NCBI GenBank assembly: GCA_028534125.1
Contig: CM052816.1
Span: 68,698,001-68,762,000 of the forward strand
Reading direction: 5' to 3'
DNA: 64,000 nt
Source of the DNA: Lama glama
Lineage: Eukaryota
Shown piece after piece: positions 50,334 through 64,000 of this stretch. The position numbers and the translations under genes are program-made. A model generated the notes under the pieces. It did not search any database and was not told the origin of the DNA. It saw only the letters and a list, made by a program, of their open reading frames with translations. Position 1 is the stretch's first letter. Each line of letters starts with the position of its first letter.

Positions 50334-53300
50334 CTTGCTCTGTCCTGTGACTTTGCTGTACCAAAATGGCACCAGCCTCACCTGGACCAGCTGATTTCCT
50401 AACAGGTTACTGTCAGTTAATGTAATGACCACTAGGTGCCTGGATCTTGACTTGATTTCCTTTCTCTGTTGAGTAACGCCATTTTTATTGAGTAAGCTGA
50501 CAGAAAAGGCTTGTGTTGTTAATGGGGTTTTTAATGCTACTCTTTTGGGAGAGTGAGGTTTGGGAAGACATTAGATAACATTACTGTTCATTTATATAAT
50601 AAATGAACTTACTGTATATGCACTTGAGAGGGATTACAGGATTGGCTAACTTCTATGTTTCTGTTATGTTAACCATTATTTTTTTCTTATGTAATCTGTT
50701 TGCAACTGCAGTGTTTTGCTTCTCAGGTGATATTTGGAAATTTGTGAAGAAGATGGGCAGTTTTCAAGATTTTTAGTTTATTGGATAGAAATGAATCCTT
50801 TAAAAGTTGAGAAAATCTTCATATGGGTAATGAAAAGTAGGATTCAGATAATACCTAAAACCCTTTTCCATATTTGTCTTCCCTTGTTGCTTTGCTTTTG
50901 GTTTTGGGCCATTTATATTTGCTTTGAGAATGCTTAAAACTTAAGTTGTTTTTATTTACAACAGAATATATCTGTCACTTTTTCATTTGGCTGTCATTTG
51001 CTCCACTAATCTGATTGCCTTTAATCATAATGTAAAAAGGTTTATGCACATTTTACACGCATTATTAAAATGCTTGCCTGATGTATTGGAAAGATACATT
51101 AGGTGCTACATGTTTAAGCTAATAACACTTTGACATAAAATTTCTGACAGAAGGGTGAAACTCCTAATTCTCCTGAATTTTGATGATACAGTCAGATTTT
51201 CTAATCACTACAAGGGAAAACACATCAGAGGGTATGACGTTAAAATCAGAATTTATCTGTGTGGTTTGCTGTAATTTATTGGCATTGGCTGAGATAAGCT
51301 AAGCATAGTATTTAATTACATGATAAAATTATCATGCAAATATAACATATTTTCCTTATTTTATGCATTTTACGACTGTTACAAAACAAGATTGTTAAAG
51401 TGTACCTCTTCTGGAGCCACTAAAATGAGAGCAGATTCTTGATGCATGACGGGAAGTGGGTGGGCAGGAAAGGTGTGTATATATGTGTGACATTTAAAAT
51501 ATGAAAAGTGTAAAAATTTAACATTTTATGAGATTACTAAATAAAAATTATTATTCAAGAGATTAGATTCTGCTTTAGGTTAAAAAATACATTGAGCACC
51601 TACTCTGTGCTTAATAATGGTATTGGGTGTTAGGGATACAAGATGAATTAAGATGTGATCCCAGTCAGGGAGGATGGGGTTTACCATCAGTTTTTCTTTT
51701 GTTTAGCTGTACCTTCTGATTTTTGTAATGAACATACAGAAATTCAGAAATTCCTATTTAAAATGTCTTGTTCCACCACTCCCCTTTTGATGTAATGGAA
51801 GAAGAATTATAGCTACACATGATTTTACTGTAGAAGGTTGGTGCTAAGATAGATGTGTTCATTGAGTGCTGTATGTCTCTCCTTTGTGGAGAAAGGGCAG
51901 TAGCTTCGAGGAAAGGGAAGTAGCTGTACAAGCTGTTTCTTGGAGGAAACAGTGGCTGATTTGGCTTTTATGTATTAATGGTTAAAGAAATGTGGGAAGC
52001 CCATTACAGGCAGAGGTATGAAGAAGCACAGAGAGCATGAAACATGGTTGTGTGTTGGGAATTTTAAGTAGTTTGGTAGAAGATGATGGTTCCGGAGAGG
52101 TTGGTGGGGATTATGAAGGGTCTGTTACTCTGTGGTGAGCAGTTTGTGCTAGTGAAGGATTTGAAACATGAGAGTAATTCTGTTTTCATACTTGTAAAAA
52201 ATATTCAGCTTTTGTCCACTTTGTTCTGATTTAAATATCCACTAAAATAGGCATTAAATGTTGTATGATAGGAATTGGTAGTTTTCTTTTCTCTTAACAG
52301 CAGAAGGGCTTGAGATACTAAAGGAAATATGACTTACCTGCTTTTGTCCATCGTATATAGAAAGATTTCTCTAAGTGAAGTCTTGTGGCACTCTGCTAGT
52401 CCTGTGACATGGGCTCTACTGATAGCATCTGGTCTAATCTGAAAGGGACTATGAGTGGCCTGTCTGGCCTGCTTCCTGTTGGACTCTAAATTTTACATCT
52501 GTAAAATTTGCCTCTTCTCTTGCTATTGGCAGTGTCTGCTTCAGCTCAGATCTAAAGTTCTGCATTGGTGCGATCCGAAAGAGTTTTATTAATGTCTTGA
52601 GCCTCATCCTTCTTGACCTTGGTGACCAAGGGTTAGTGGTGACTTCATGGTCAGCGTTAGGTTTGGAAGCGGAGCTTACTGGCTGGTGGTAATGGGCTTT
52701 CTTGGCCTTGGTGTGGTCTTTTTGAGGGAGGGCTAAAACTAGAAATCTCTCGATCTTGCCTCTAGCTAGCAATCCTGTCTTAAAAAAGATAAACAGCTTT
52801 GAAAGTGATTTAGAACTGCTTCTTCCTTCTGTTTCACTTGAAATCTTTTACCTTTTGCAAGTAGTCTCCTTGTTTAACTTGTTTTAAAAGGAGGGTGGTA
52901 GGCAAGGTATTGTTAGTTGCCGCACTGGAATACTTCACAGTGTGTCCTTTGTTTAATCTGCCACTTGCCCCTTGTTTCCTTCTTAACTGTCTTAGAGAAG
53001 GTGGCTTTGGTGATTTGGAGTCTTATTGCACCAAGTCCTAATTTTTCTCTCATGCCAAAGGAAACGTGTGACCTTTCTTACCCTAGTTAGTACACCTATG
53101 TACATGTGTTTTACCCTGTCAATAAGCTTTGTCATACCTACTCTCTCCTCGTCTGTTGTGAGAGTCACACAGTTTTCTTGCTGAGAGTTTGGAACCATTT
53201 CTCCCCCCCGTCATCTGATTTTCAAGACACACACGGTTCTACTTTCCTTTATCTGAAGGTTCTCAGCAACTTCTAGATTCCTGCTTTTTGGAAGATTCTT

Positions 53301-54339
53301 CTCTAAACAGAAGGCAAATGATCATTTGTTTTTTGTCGTCAAATGGTTCATTAAGTCAAGAGTTTAAAATACCCTCCACATAAACCAATTGTGTCCTACT
53401 TTTTTCTCCCTCTTTTTCATTTTCCATGGTCTTGCTAGTTTCTCTTCTTTAGAGTTTATAGTCTAATAATATCTGCAAATATTTGATTGTTCAGTATATG
53501 ATTAAATGGTGTTATTGGCTATGCAGTCATGTTTGATGCATTAATATTAATAAATAGAATAGTCAAAAGTGACTTATTTCAGATAGGCATATCACATTTA
53601 TGTATTAAGTGGCTTGGTTGAAATTGATCCCATGTAATGCAGCATTGCTTTAAATAGAAATATAGTAAAATCATTGTAAAAGTAATTCAGGGAATATATG
53701 CTGCTGAAATAATTTCTCAATCTCTGGGTAGTTCAAGGATATGAGATGAATTTACATTTTTTCATTGTATCTTATTGAAATGAAATTTGGTTGGGATTAT
53801 CTTATATTCCTTCACTAATTACCTTCATCTTTGTCTCTGTACCCTTTGGGAGGTGAGAGACTCCATAGTTCTTGTATTTCTGGACATTTTTAGAAATCTA
53901 ATTTCTTTAAAAGAATCTTCATTCTTTAAAGACTCAGTCTTAACGTAACATGTTTAGTGGTTCTGCTGCTTGTAATAAGCACAGAGTTAATATACTGAGT
54001 TTCAGTGGTTTTAAATTGTGTGATACATTTTTTTATTGGAAACACAACTTATGATATTTAAAAATACGTATAAAAGTCCACACCTTTCATTGAGAGATGT
54101 GGAAACAGGCTTCCAGGGCCTAAGTCACTGCTGGGTTCAGGGCATGAACTTGTAGATAGGGAGCTGCATTTGTACTCCAAATCATAGGACGCTTGGCAGA
54201 GCAGCTCTCAGGGAAACTATTGCTCAGTAAGAGGAGTTGGGGTGGGTATGTGTGTGTTTATTGGGGTAGGGGTTTGTACAAAATTTGTAGCAGGCATATC
54301 AAAGATATTTTGATTACCATTTAAAATATTTATATATAT

Positions 54340-54930
54340 GTATTACATAATCCCTACTACAGGTTGTGTTTCTAATATTATTACTATAAAATGTGAAAGT
54401 TTTTTTCAGTCCCCATTTGATAGTTTTCCCTAGAGCCACTGTTAACAGTTTATGTATCCTTTCAGTTGTTTTCTATGTATTTTTACATTGAATGTGGAAT
54501 TATATAGTTTTATGTGGTTTACATAAATGACATTTTAAAACATATCCTGGAGATAACTTTTTGTCAGTTCACATAGTTATTTAATTCCTTTTAGCTGACT
54601 TGTAGTATTCAGAAGAATAGTGATAGAACCATTCTCTCAGGTCCTTGAGTTGCCAGCAGTGGTGTAGCAAACATCTTTGTGCTTGTGTATGTTTGTCTAG
54701 GATCCTTGATGCCTTGAAGTGGAATTGCTGGGTCAAAAAATATATTGGTTTTACATATAGATGGATACATTTAGATAGATCTTACCAGACCACCTTCTGA
54801 AAAGTGTGTGCTCACGTCAGTGCAGTATGAATGTACCCATTTTTCCCATTTCACAACCTACTTGATTCTCCAAGTATCTTAGATGTGAGTTTTTTTTTTA
54901 AGATTATAACTTGATATCTCATTGCTTAAG
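54340..54930 (-). mobile_element. Very old L1ME-like fragment
   Basis: ccctagagccactgttaacagtt...gaagtggaattgctgggtcaaa...tatctcattg. Confidence 0.55.
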
Positions 54931-56039
54931 CACTTAGTACAGTTATTGGTTGTAAAAATCCTGCTTGAAATAAAATAGGACGAATACTAGGGAAATTGTT
55001 TATTAAGGGTCATCCCTCCTGTGTTCATTTGTGTGGGACATATTTTAACTTGTTTACAGCATTAGTCTTTGTTTAAAGATTATCACAGAAGAGAAATCTA
55101 TCATGTCCTTCAAGTTATTTTGCTGTTATGTAAATTTTATAATCAGGAAATAACATTTGAAGAAAATGCCTCATTCTGAAATTTAACTTCCTTTTATTTG
55201 GCCTTTAGACTGTAAAAAAGACAAATTAGAATTCTCTTTAGATGATTGTTTACACACAGACAGCATTTATAATTTGCATAGTTGTCTAAGTTCTGCTTAT
55301 ATCGACTTCACAACGTGTTACCATGTATAAGCAGTGACTCCTGCTCTTCCTGTTGGGTGTTCCCTGCCTAGAGGTGGTGGCAGGATTAATGTTTTTGCTG
55401 GGCTGGCCTGCCATTCACAGCAGTGGAATCATGGCACATGGGGAAGAGTTGGGAAGACTCAGATTTAAACCTCAAAGAGATGTGACTTTTGAGCTAGTTG
55501 CTGAACCTTTGGGAGGTTCAGTTTTCTCTATGTGTAAAATAAGATTGACAGTTGCTATTATGGGGGTTTTTGTAAAGAGTGGAAATACTGTGTATTAAGT
55601 ACCTGCACATAGAAGGTACTCAGAAGCGTGTATCTATTAACAGTCTTTTGACAACTGTTCTGCTCTAGAATGCTTTAGGAATCGATTTTAGGATGAGTTT
55701 TAGGGGGAAAAGGAAGTTTTTCTAATTTGCAACAGAGCCGCTTGGGCATTCCCAGTGAACTGGTGGAATAGTAATAATTGGAAACATTTGTGAGTGCTGG
55801 CCACTTTATAATTAAAATCAAACTTTCTGCCAAACTATTGTGTCTCCTAGTAAAGCAGTTTATTTTAGATGACGTTTTATTAGTCCTAAGTCTTGTTTAA
55901 AAAAGACTGCTTCTATTTATGGCAATATGGAGGATTAGAAATGCTTACTGATACAGTTCAACTAAATGTGCTAGATAATATATCACACACACTTATGCAC
56001 ATCTTTGTATTGTATGTTAAAATATATATAAATCTTAAA

Positions 56040-57250
56040 ACACATGTAAATCTTTTAAATAAATAGCTGAGCTGGTGGCACAGTAAAGGAAATTTTATGA
56101 GGCTGGGATCAATTAATGTTATAGATTTGATGTGTGCCCTGAAAGCTCCTGGTAGCCTGGAGCCTGAGTTTTGATCAGCTCTGAACACGGGGCACAGGAG
56201 GTGAAGGCTGAGGCCAGAGTGCAGAAGGCCCGTGGATAATATAAGGGCTCTCAAAGGGTAACATCCGCTTAGGAGGAACTATCAAAAAGAATTCTTAACC
56301 ACAGTACCACGCGCAAGCTCTTCGAAGGCCAGAATGTATACTATCTATGTGGCTTAAAGAAAAAAAAAATTAGAGGTTTCAAGTGGATTGGTAGTGAGTC
56401 CAGCAGAAGAGGACACATATTTCTGGAAGAATTCTTTTTAAACCAAGGCATCTAAGATTCCCCACACATGGAATCCCAAGAACATGAGCTCATAGTCTAA
56501 TATAAATGAACATACAATCTATTCTGAGAGTCAGCAGATAAAACAAAGTACATAAAATCTCAAAGATTGCAGATATTACCCTATAGGTTATAAAATCAGT
56601 ATATTTGCTGTATAGAAATAAGTAAGAAGAGACTGAGAATGTGATGTAGGATGAAGAGAATTAAAATTGACCAGGCAGATTTGCAAAACATCCAAAGAGA
56701 TCTTCTATAAATGATACATATATTTATGTAAAATTTTTTAAATTAAAAAAAAAGATTAAGCAGATAAGACACAGTGAAAGGGAAGGAAGCTAGACTGGAA
56801 GAGACCAAGATTAAAAATACAAAAGAAAGGTTAACAGATATGGAGGGATAAAATGAAAATGTCTTAACGTTGAATCAGAATCTCCGAAAAGGATAATAGG
56901 ATGGAGGATATATAATATTCAAAGATATAATGACTGAGACCTGTCCAGAATTGGTGAAGTATACAAATCCTCAGACATAGGAAGCCAATGAATACTAAGC
57001 CAGATAAATAAAAGGAAATTGATACTAGAGACATAATAGTGAAACTACAGAATATTGAAGACTTTGAGGGTAGGGGAAGCAATGACAGAGAAAAGACAGA
57101 TAACCCAGAAAGGAATGGCAGACAGATGGCTCATATTTTAACAGCAGAAGTAGAAGCCAGGAATCGTAGAACAGCATCCTCAAAGTGATGAGAAAAAAAC
57201 CATCAACCTAGAATTCTATACTGAGAGTATCATCATTCAAGAATTTTTAA
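56040..57250 (+). mobile_element. Old L1ME/HAL1-like ORF1-region relic (may continue ~57580-57620)
   Basis: A-rich ORF1-like sequence tagagacataatagtgaaactacagaat...tcaacctagaattctatac. Confidence 0.65.
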
Positions 57251-57261
57251 AAAAAGAAAAG

Positions 57262-57575
57262 AGGACACTAATGGACACATCTACAAAAGAGACTCACAGA
57301 CATGATAATCTTATGGTTACTGGGGAAAGGGGGTAGGAAGAGATAAATTTGGGAGTTTGAGATTTGCAAATGTTGACCAATATATATAAAAATAGATTAA
57401 AAAAAACAAATTTCTTCTGTACAGCACAGGGAACTATATTCAGTATCTTGTAATAACCTTTAATGAACAAGAATATGAAACCGAATGTATGTATGTATAT
57501 GCATGACTGGGATATTATGCTGTACACTAGAAGTAGACACATTGTAACTGACTATACTTCAGTAAGAAAAAAGAA
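57262..57575 (+). mobile_element. Younger L1 3'UTR fragment
   Basis: gactcacagacat...cttatggttac...gtacagcacagggaactatattcag...attgtaactgactatacttcagtaagaaaaaa; same 3'UTR type as 30688-31000 in the opposite orientation. Confidence 0.85.
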
Positions 57576-58914
57576 TCAATGCAAAATAAGGACATTTTCA
57601 AACTCAAAGAATAGCTAAAGATGTAACTGTTTTTCATATTTTAATTGTTTTGTGAGTTGGGAGGAGGAAAGGAAGAAAGTTGGGTGGTAGGGGACGAACA
57701 GTTAGATGATTAGAAGGTTATTTGTGAAACTTTTGTAAACATTTCTGTGATCATGGCCATGTTGGCTCCATGGGATTTGACAGTCTTGGAAACTGCTTTT
57801 TTATTAACTATAGGCTTTTCAATGTAACTAATTGAAAATAGCCATAAAATATACAGAATTCTGCTCAAATTACCTGATTTAAAATAAGAATTTGTATTGA
57901 TCTGCTCTCTACAGCCAAACAGTTGGTAAGGCTTAAAGTTATTTATTTATTTATTTGTGTTTGTTTTACATAGGTTAAACCCAGAATAGTTATCAAGTCT
58001 GATTACATAAATTCTGGTTAGCAAAAGTTAAGAGTATTCTCTTTCTTCAGAGTGTATCTGGTTATAAAATAAAAGACTATCATAATTCTTGGTAGACTCA
58101 TCAATATATGCTTAGGAAATCTCTGCTTTCCTACCTCCTCTCAGTTGCCAAACACACCCACACGTGACTTTCTGGTATGTGTTTTTGGAGTCTTTCCTCC
58201 TCTCTGAATCACAGGGGAACCAAATTCCTTTTGAACCAAGCAGGGCATAGTAAATGAAATACTTAAGAAGATGTCCCTGTTGGTTTTGTTCTTAAGTACT
58301 ATAAAATTAAGCTTTATAAGCATTCTGTCATTTTTAGGTGGGGAAGATGATACCTAGATGTTTATAAAATATAATATTGAAAGAGATGATTCATCTGGTT
58401 CAGGAGTATCTATCAGTGTACAATTTAAAAATTAATGTCAAACAAAAGCACTTAATCTGGTGGGAAATCTAAGGCAAGATGCACAAATATCACTGAAAAA
58501 TAAATCTAAAAAATTTTAAAAAGTAGTCAACTTCTGAATGTTCCAAAGAAGATATTTATTGGTGTTATTCAGGGATAAACTCTTTTCAGAGGAAAATAAA
58601 ACTTAAATCATGGTCATGTAAGTTTTAAAGTCAGGCCATTTGAGCCAGTTAGGGCTTGTCATGCATTACTTTAGAAATGCTTAGGTAAGTTTGCCCTCAA
58701 TGAATCATTACCGATCCTGAAACTTTCAGTAAAGTGACACTGTAGAAATCAGACCTCAGACCCTCCTAAGACTTACTTTTTCATGTTCCTGTCCTAACTG
58801 TCCCCTACACACCCCTCTAATTTCTAAAGGTAAGGGGACAAAGCTCTGTACGCTGGGGAGGTAAGAAGATACATGAAATCAAAAATATTCTCGGTCTCTA
58901 GGAAAGAAGATTAA

Positions 58915-59082
<168 letters not shown>

Positions 59083-60280
59083 TGACATTCTCATTGGCTT
59101 CACTTCTCAGTCAGCTGGACCCCACTGCTGGCTGCAGTAAGTTCAGAGGAGGAATGGATGCCTGTGCTTTTGCCAAAGCCAGTTGCAATTGTTTAAAGCT
59201 ACCTTTGTCCTTCATTTAGAGGAAGCACACAGGCAAATTGTATAGCAAGCTGCAAATTGGGAACCTTCCGGATAATTAGGGAGCCTTTATTTTTAAAGCA
59301 GATTGTTTTCTGACAGTGGTAAAGGCCTAAACAATCAGCAAACCTGCACACCTGGGGCTAAGAATTAAGTGACGTGTGCCCTTACTTTGGGACAGATTTT
59401 CTGAAGAGTTTTTCTGGAACATATAATAGCTTCTGTGTAGGCTCAGCAGGTCACTGATCTGAGATACAGACCAAGGTGACTGCTACGCCTGGTACCTCAC
59501 CCTGAGAGCCGAGGCCGCAACTGCATGGTGTGAGTGCTGAGCAGCCTGGCATCCCCCTGGGGCCTGCTGGGTGAGGAGTTTGGATTATCTGAAGTGAAGG
59601 CTGTGGCTGTGGCTGTTGCTCCTATTTGAGCAGGTTTTATTTTCCTTCCACTTTCTGAAACATTTCCCAGACTGCTTTCCATGGGGCTAGAAAGGTTTCA
59701 ACTCAGGAAGAGCCAATTGCTGCGTCAGGAGCTTGTCTGCAGTCTCCAGGTCCAGTTCTGACTGCACTCACGTTGTACAAAGTCAACTCTTCACTTTGTC
59801 AAAGAGAGGCTTGGCACCTGTATTTTGCATATCAAACTGGAGATGAATGTGTATCAAGAGTAACTAATGGAAGACTAGGCTTTAGGGCACGTACAAGCGG
59901 TTTTTAAAGGTCAACTTAATTCTTTTGTTTTTTATACTGTCCTATTTTTCTGTATATATAAAATGATCAAAATTTGGTGGGAAGAGGGAGATCTGTACCC
60001 ACCAGATCAGCTATAATTTTTGTCTTGATTTTCTTTATAAGTGGATTTTTCTGTAGTTGTGGTATATAAATTTGCTGTTTGGGACCCTGCCCACCCCCCC
60101 AACACATTAAGCACTGTGTGGTATTAAATCCATGATATGGATTAAAGAGTCATGATGTGTAAGATTAAGAGTAGCCTGCTGGGAGTTACTTGGTTTTATT
60201 TAGAATTTAAAATCAGATTTATCAGAATCTTGGTTTTATTTGGAAAACCAAATTCAAAAAGTTAAAAGAACATAAAATTT

Positions 60281-60377
60281 GGGGGGAGTGGGTACAGCTG
60301 AGTGGTAGAGCCCATGCTTAGCACGCACAAGTTCCTGGGTTCAATCCCCAGTACCTCCATTAAACAAACAAACAAAA
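60281..60377 (+). mobile_element. Vic-1-like tRNA-derived SINE
   Basis: gggtacagctgagtggtagagcccatgcttagcacgcacaagttcctgggttcaatccccagtacctccattaaacaaacaaac. Confidence 0.88.
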
Positions 60378-61377
60378 GTTTGTGAAATGTAAAAATTGCA
60401 GATGTATTATATAAAATTCAGAACCACAACTTCAAAACCGTTCCAGAAGAGTTAATTTTTGGCTTCTTCAACATTTTTGGAAGTTGCAGGCTTTAATCGT
60501 ATGTTAATTTAATTTTGTGAGGAAGCAACAGGGTACCAATTCAGCGGCATTTAGGGCTTCCTTTTTAAAATACTCACCCAAATGTTTCTGAAAATGTGCC
60601 ATGGGAAATGTGACTTACTTGAAGGTAGTAACAACAAATACTATTCTAACATCCTCTGTTCATTTATCGTACTAGGAAAAGTTACCATTCTTTCAAAAGG
60701 ACGCCACCATATTTTTTTCTTTTTAAATAGGACATGGGGACTAGGGGAGAAAGGGAATGCCGACAGTGGCTACAGCCATTAATATATTCTGAAAACTTTT
60801 TCCAAAGCATGAGTTTGTGACTGCACTGAATGGCTTTTGAATGTCTGTAGCCCCAGAACCAGACATCACCAGGGCAGCTTTTGTGGTTGGTTATTCACTC
60901 ACCTGTGTGTCAGTATCTTTAAGTCCTTTATGAGAGACCTGAGAATCTGAGGTTTGGTTGCTATTAATGATGACTCACATTAACACTGCTCTAAGTTTTG
61001 ACTCTTTCTTGTAGCCTCCATGAAGTAGGAGAGGGGGATGCCGGCTACCCTTTTACAGAGGGGGAAATAGAGGCCTTGGGAGAAGGCTGCTGAGGTCTGT
61101 AAGCTGTCAGGTGATGTCTTGTTGATCAGGCTCCCTTGCTTTGTTGCTTACCTGCTCTGAACTCCAGTCTAGTTATTTTGAAGAAGGTGAGGTGATGCAG
61201 ATCTCTGAAAGTAAAATGGTGACATGTAACTTCAACCCATGGTTTTTAATTTCAAGTAATATTCTCAGATGTGTCATACTCCATGTCTTATTTCTTTTGC
61301 TCTTTGCTCCCTTGACCTTTCTTAAAACATCTGTATATTTGTTTAAATAGAAGTTTTACTGAGCTCTTTTGTGGAAT

Positions 61378-61417
61378 ATGAAATTAATGTATAGAGGATG
61401 AAATTAATGTGTAGAGG
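61378..61417. repeat. 20-bp tandem duplication
   Basis: atgaaattaatgtatagagg / atgaaattaatgtgtagagg, 19/20 identical. Confidence 0.9.
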
Positions 61418-62794
61418 GCTCAATGGCTTAGTCTGCTCTGTGGCCATCCAGGAGCAAATGAGGAGGCAAATAAGGGATATAAGCAGAGGGCAAATGACCT
61501 CAAGTGTAGCATTTGGGTCATTATGAGCCATTTAGATGTAAAGGTATAATAATAAAAAAATTAAGATAAATAGGTCTGTTATAGACCATGGCCTTTCTGG
61601 AGAAGCAGGCAGGCCAGAGCAGCCATGCAGTGCATTTCACTGACTAAGCAGTGGAAAGATTTACTTGATGTAGATGTAGGTTCCAGCTTTTATTTCAGCC
61701 CCTGAACACACAGATGTCTCCTTGCTTTCCAGCTTTCACATTTATATACAACACTTAACCGCTGCTCCCCTCCCCCAGATTCCTTAGGCAATGACTCATC
61801 TTGTTCCCTTAGGCATCTTGGCATGAAGGGTAAGCCCCAGATTTGGGTGGAGATGTACAGTCATTTAAATCCTCTCTGAGGACAGTCTTTGGTAGCCAAA
61901 ACTTCCCTGTCAAGAATTCCTGACACCCAGAAATTAACTTTTAGTTAAAAATGTCTCTTAAAGAAAATACCCAGACCATTGTTCTCCTCTGGCAGGTAGC
62001 CAAGCACTGCACACTTTACAGTGGCAGGAGTCAGACCTGTGAAAACCACCTTTGTGGGGGAACAGAGGGCAGAGCTGCTTTGCATTTAGCCACTTGATGT
62101 GCTTAGTGAACCCAAATTCCAAATTCACTCAATTATTCAGGAAAAGACACATGGAATGAGACTGTCCTTTTTTCTGTACAGTAAGGAATATACCAGAACA
62201 CTTCCCAGCACTGTCATATTGAGGCCAAAACCCCACATTGTTTATATCACTGCCTGTTACGACATTTCTGTGTAAATTACTACAGTGGGGCCCTAAGTAG
62301 TTTTCAGTGTCCGTGCTTCAGCTTGACTCCCCGCTCCAGTCACAAAATGCCTCGTATCTGGCCCCCCCCCACCAAATTCTGTCTTACTCAGATGCTCTGA
62401 TGCCACCTCCTTTTCTCAGGATTCGTATGATCCCTCATCTGGCATTGACCATACACTACCTAGCACTGTTGATACTTCATGAAGATGTTTCCCAAAGTGT
62501 GGATTAATGCTGAGCATTGGGAAATGGCCCATAAACTACATGAATCCTGCCTAATTTTAACGTGGGATTTGAGATTTAAATTTAGGAACTCTGTGACTCC
62601 TAAAGATGGTGACATTAAAGTCTAGAGAAGACAAAACTGAGGCCTGCCGTACAGTACTCTCTTCTGGCCAGGTCTCTCATCAAATGAAGGTGGAATAATC
62701 CGTTGGTTTACCTGGCTTGGTTTTAGAAGTGATGTTTCAAAATAAGTAGACCAAGGTATATTTCTGTGTTGAGCATACTGTTGTCAGTCTAGTT

Positions 62795-62915
62795 CAGGGG
62801 TTGGCAGATTTTTTCAGTCACAGGTCAGATAGTATTTAGGCTTTGTAAGCCAGATGCAATCTCAGTCTCACTGTCTTTTTTTCAAATAACCGTATAAAAA
62901 TGTGAAAACGATCTG
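62795..62915. mobile_element. MER58B/C-like fragment
   Basis: caggggttggcagattttttc...ggtcagatagtatttaggctttg. Confidence 0.65.
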
Positions 62916-62970
62916 TTGACTCTAAATGAAAATGGGGGGGGAGCCCCCTTATCTTAAAATGAGTAGAGTA

Positions 62971-63437
62971 CAGGTAGACCTCATTTTATTGTGCTTCATT
63001 TTATCACGCTTCACAGATAGTGTGTTTTTTGCAAATTGAAAGTTTGTGGTAACCCTGGACCAGGCAAATCTATCAGCACCATTTTTCCAACAGTGCTTGC
63101 TCACTTTGTGTCTGTCACATTTTGGTAATTCTCAAAATATTTCAGACTTTTTCATTATTATATTTATTATGGTGATCTGTGATCTTTTTGATGTTACTGT
63201 TGCAAAAAGATTACAACGTGCTGAAGGCTCAGATGACTGTTAACATTTTTTAACAATAAAGTATTTTTAAATTAAGGTATGTACATTTTTTAAGACAAAA
63301 TGCTATCGCCTACAGTATAGCATAAGCACAATTTGCATATGCACTAGGAAACCAGAAAATTCACGTGACTCTATTGCGATATTCACTTTATTGCAGTGAT
63401 CGGGAACAGAACCTGCACTGTCTCCAACGTATGTCTG
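62971..63437 (+). mobile_element. Tigger1-derived internally deleted element (~467 bp)
   Basis: ta|caggtagacctcattttattgtgcttc...ctccaacgtatgtctg|ta; TA TSD, both Tigger1 ends, no transposase. Confidence 0.85.
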
Positions 63438-64000
63438 TATTAAGAGACTTCATAGCACTTTGTAGATGAGTGTTGCAAAGTCTGTCAGGAAAGGCAAAAT
63501 AAAAATAAGACAGCTTCAAAAAATATCTTGTTCAACAATTAGATTTTAAAAATGGGATTGTACAACTAGATCCTTAAATGGAAGCTGAATGTTTGTTCAG
63601 AAGTTTTATGAAAAAAAAGTTATGTCCTACCCTTTGGTGATAGTAAAACAAGGGAAGAATGCCTAAGTACTGTCATAGACATTGAATTTCCTTATTTTTT
63701 TTAAAAAAAAGTAAATATAATTTTTATACTAAAGGAAAAATATGTACACATAATTTTTTCCCAACATGGCCCTGTGCAGTAAGTCCTGTTGATCTTGACC
63801 AGGTCTTCTCTGTGCACATAAAACTATCGTGAGGCGCTTCATGAAGTGATACACAAGTGTTAGGTTCTGTGTTTGGGCGAGGGCCTCTCTGCACTTGGCA
63901 GTGAAGCATTTCCTGCCAGCCTCGTGGAGCTTCTTCCTACAACCCTCCTCTCTGAGCTTGTGTATCTAGTTATTTTGAACAAATTGACTCCTTCTGTCCT

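Noticed and set aside
54239..54273. Possible G-quadruplex
   Set aside because: One loop is 16 nt and the site is deep intronic with no supporting context.
60281..60360. Functional tRNA genes (also 25510-25590 and 49770-49850)
   Set aside because: A/B boxes are present, but the copies are mutually diverged, have A-rich tails, and two have clear TSDs: SINEs.

Overview
AT-rich, CpG-poor mammalian genomic DNA covering the interior of PLPP1 (PPAP2A, lipid phosphate phosphatase 1) on the + strand. Four coding exons are present: paralogous alternative exons 2a (12932-13086) and 2b (36792-36943), exon 3 (41570-41850) and exon 4 (58938-58995). Exon 1 and the last exons lie outside the window. The rest is intron packed with L1, L2, MIR, LTR and DNA-transposon relics; three Vic-1-like tRNA-derived SINEs point to a camelid genome. 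Most ORF-track entries are L1 remnants or chance ORFs. The best lead is the control of the two alternative exons: splice phases make both double inclusion and double skipping frameshifting, a ~25-bp stem could mask the exon 2a branch point and pyrimidine tract (with a competing palindrome), and both exons share an upstream CTAAY..TGCATG plus hairpin layout. Repeat subfamily names are from recall and repeat boundaries are approximate; all RNA structures were paired by eye.
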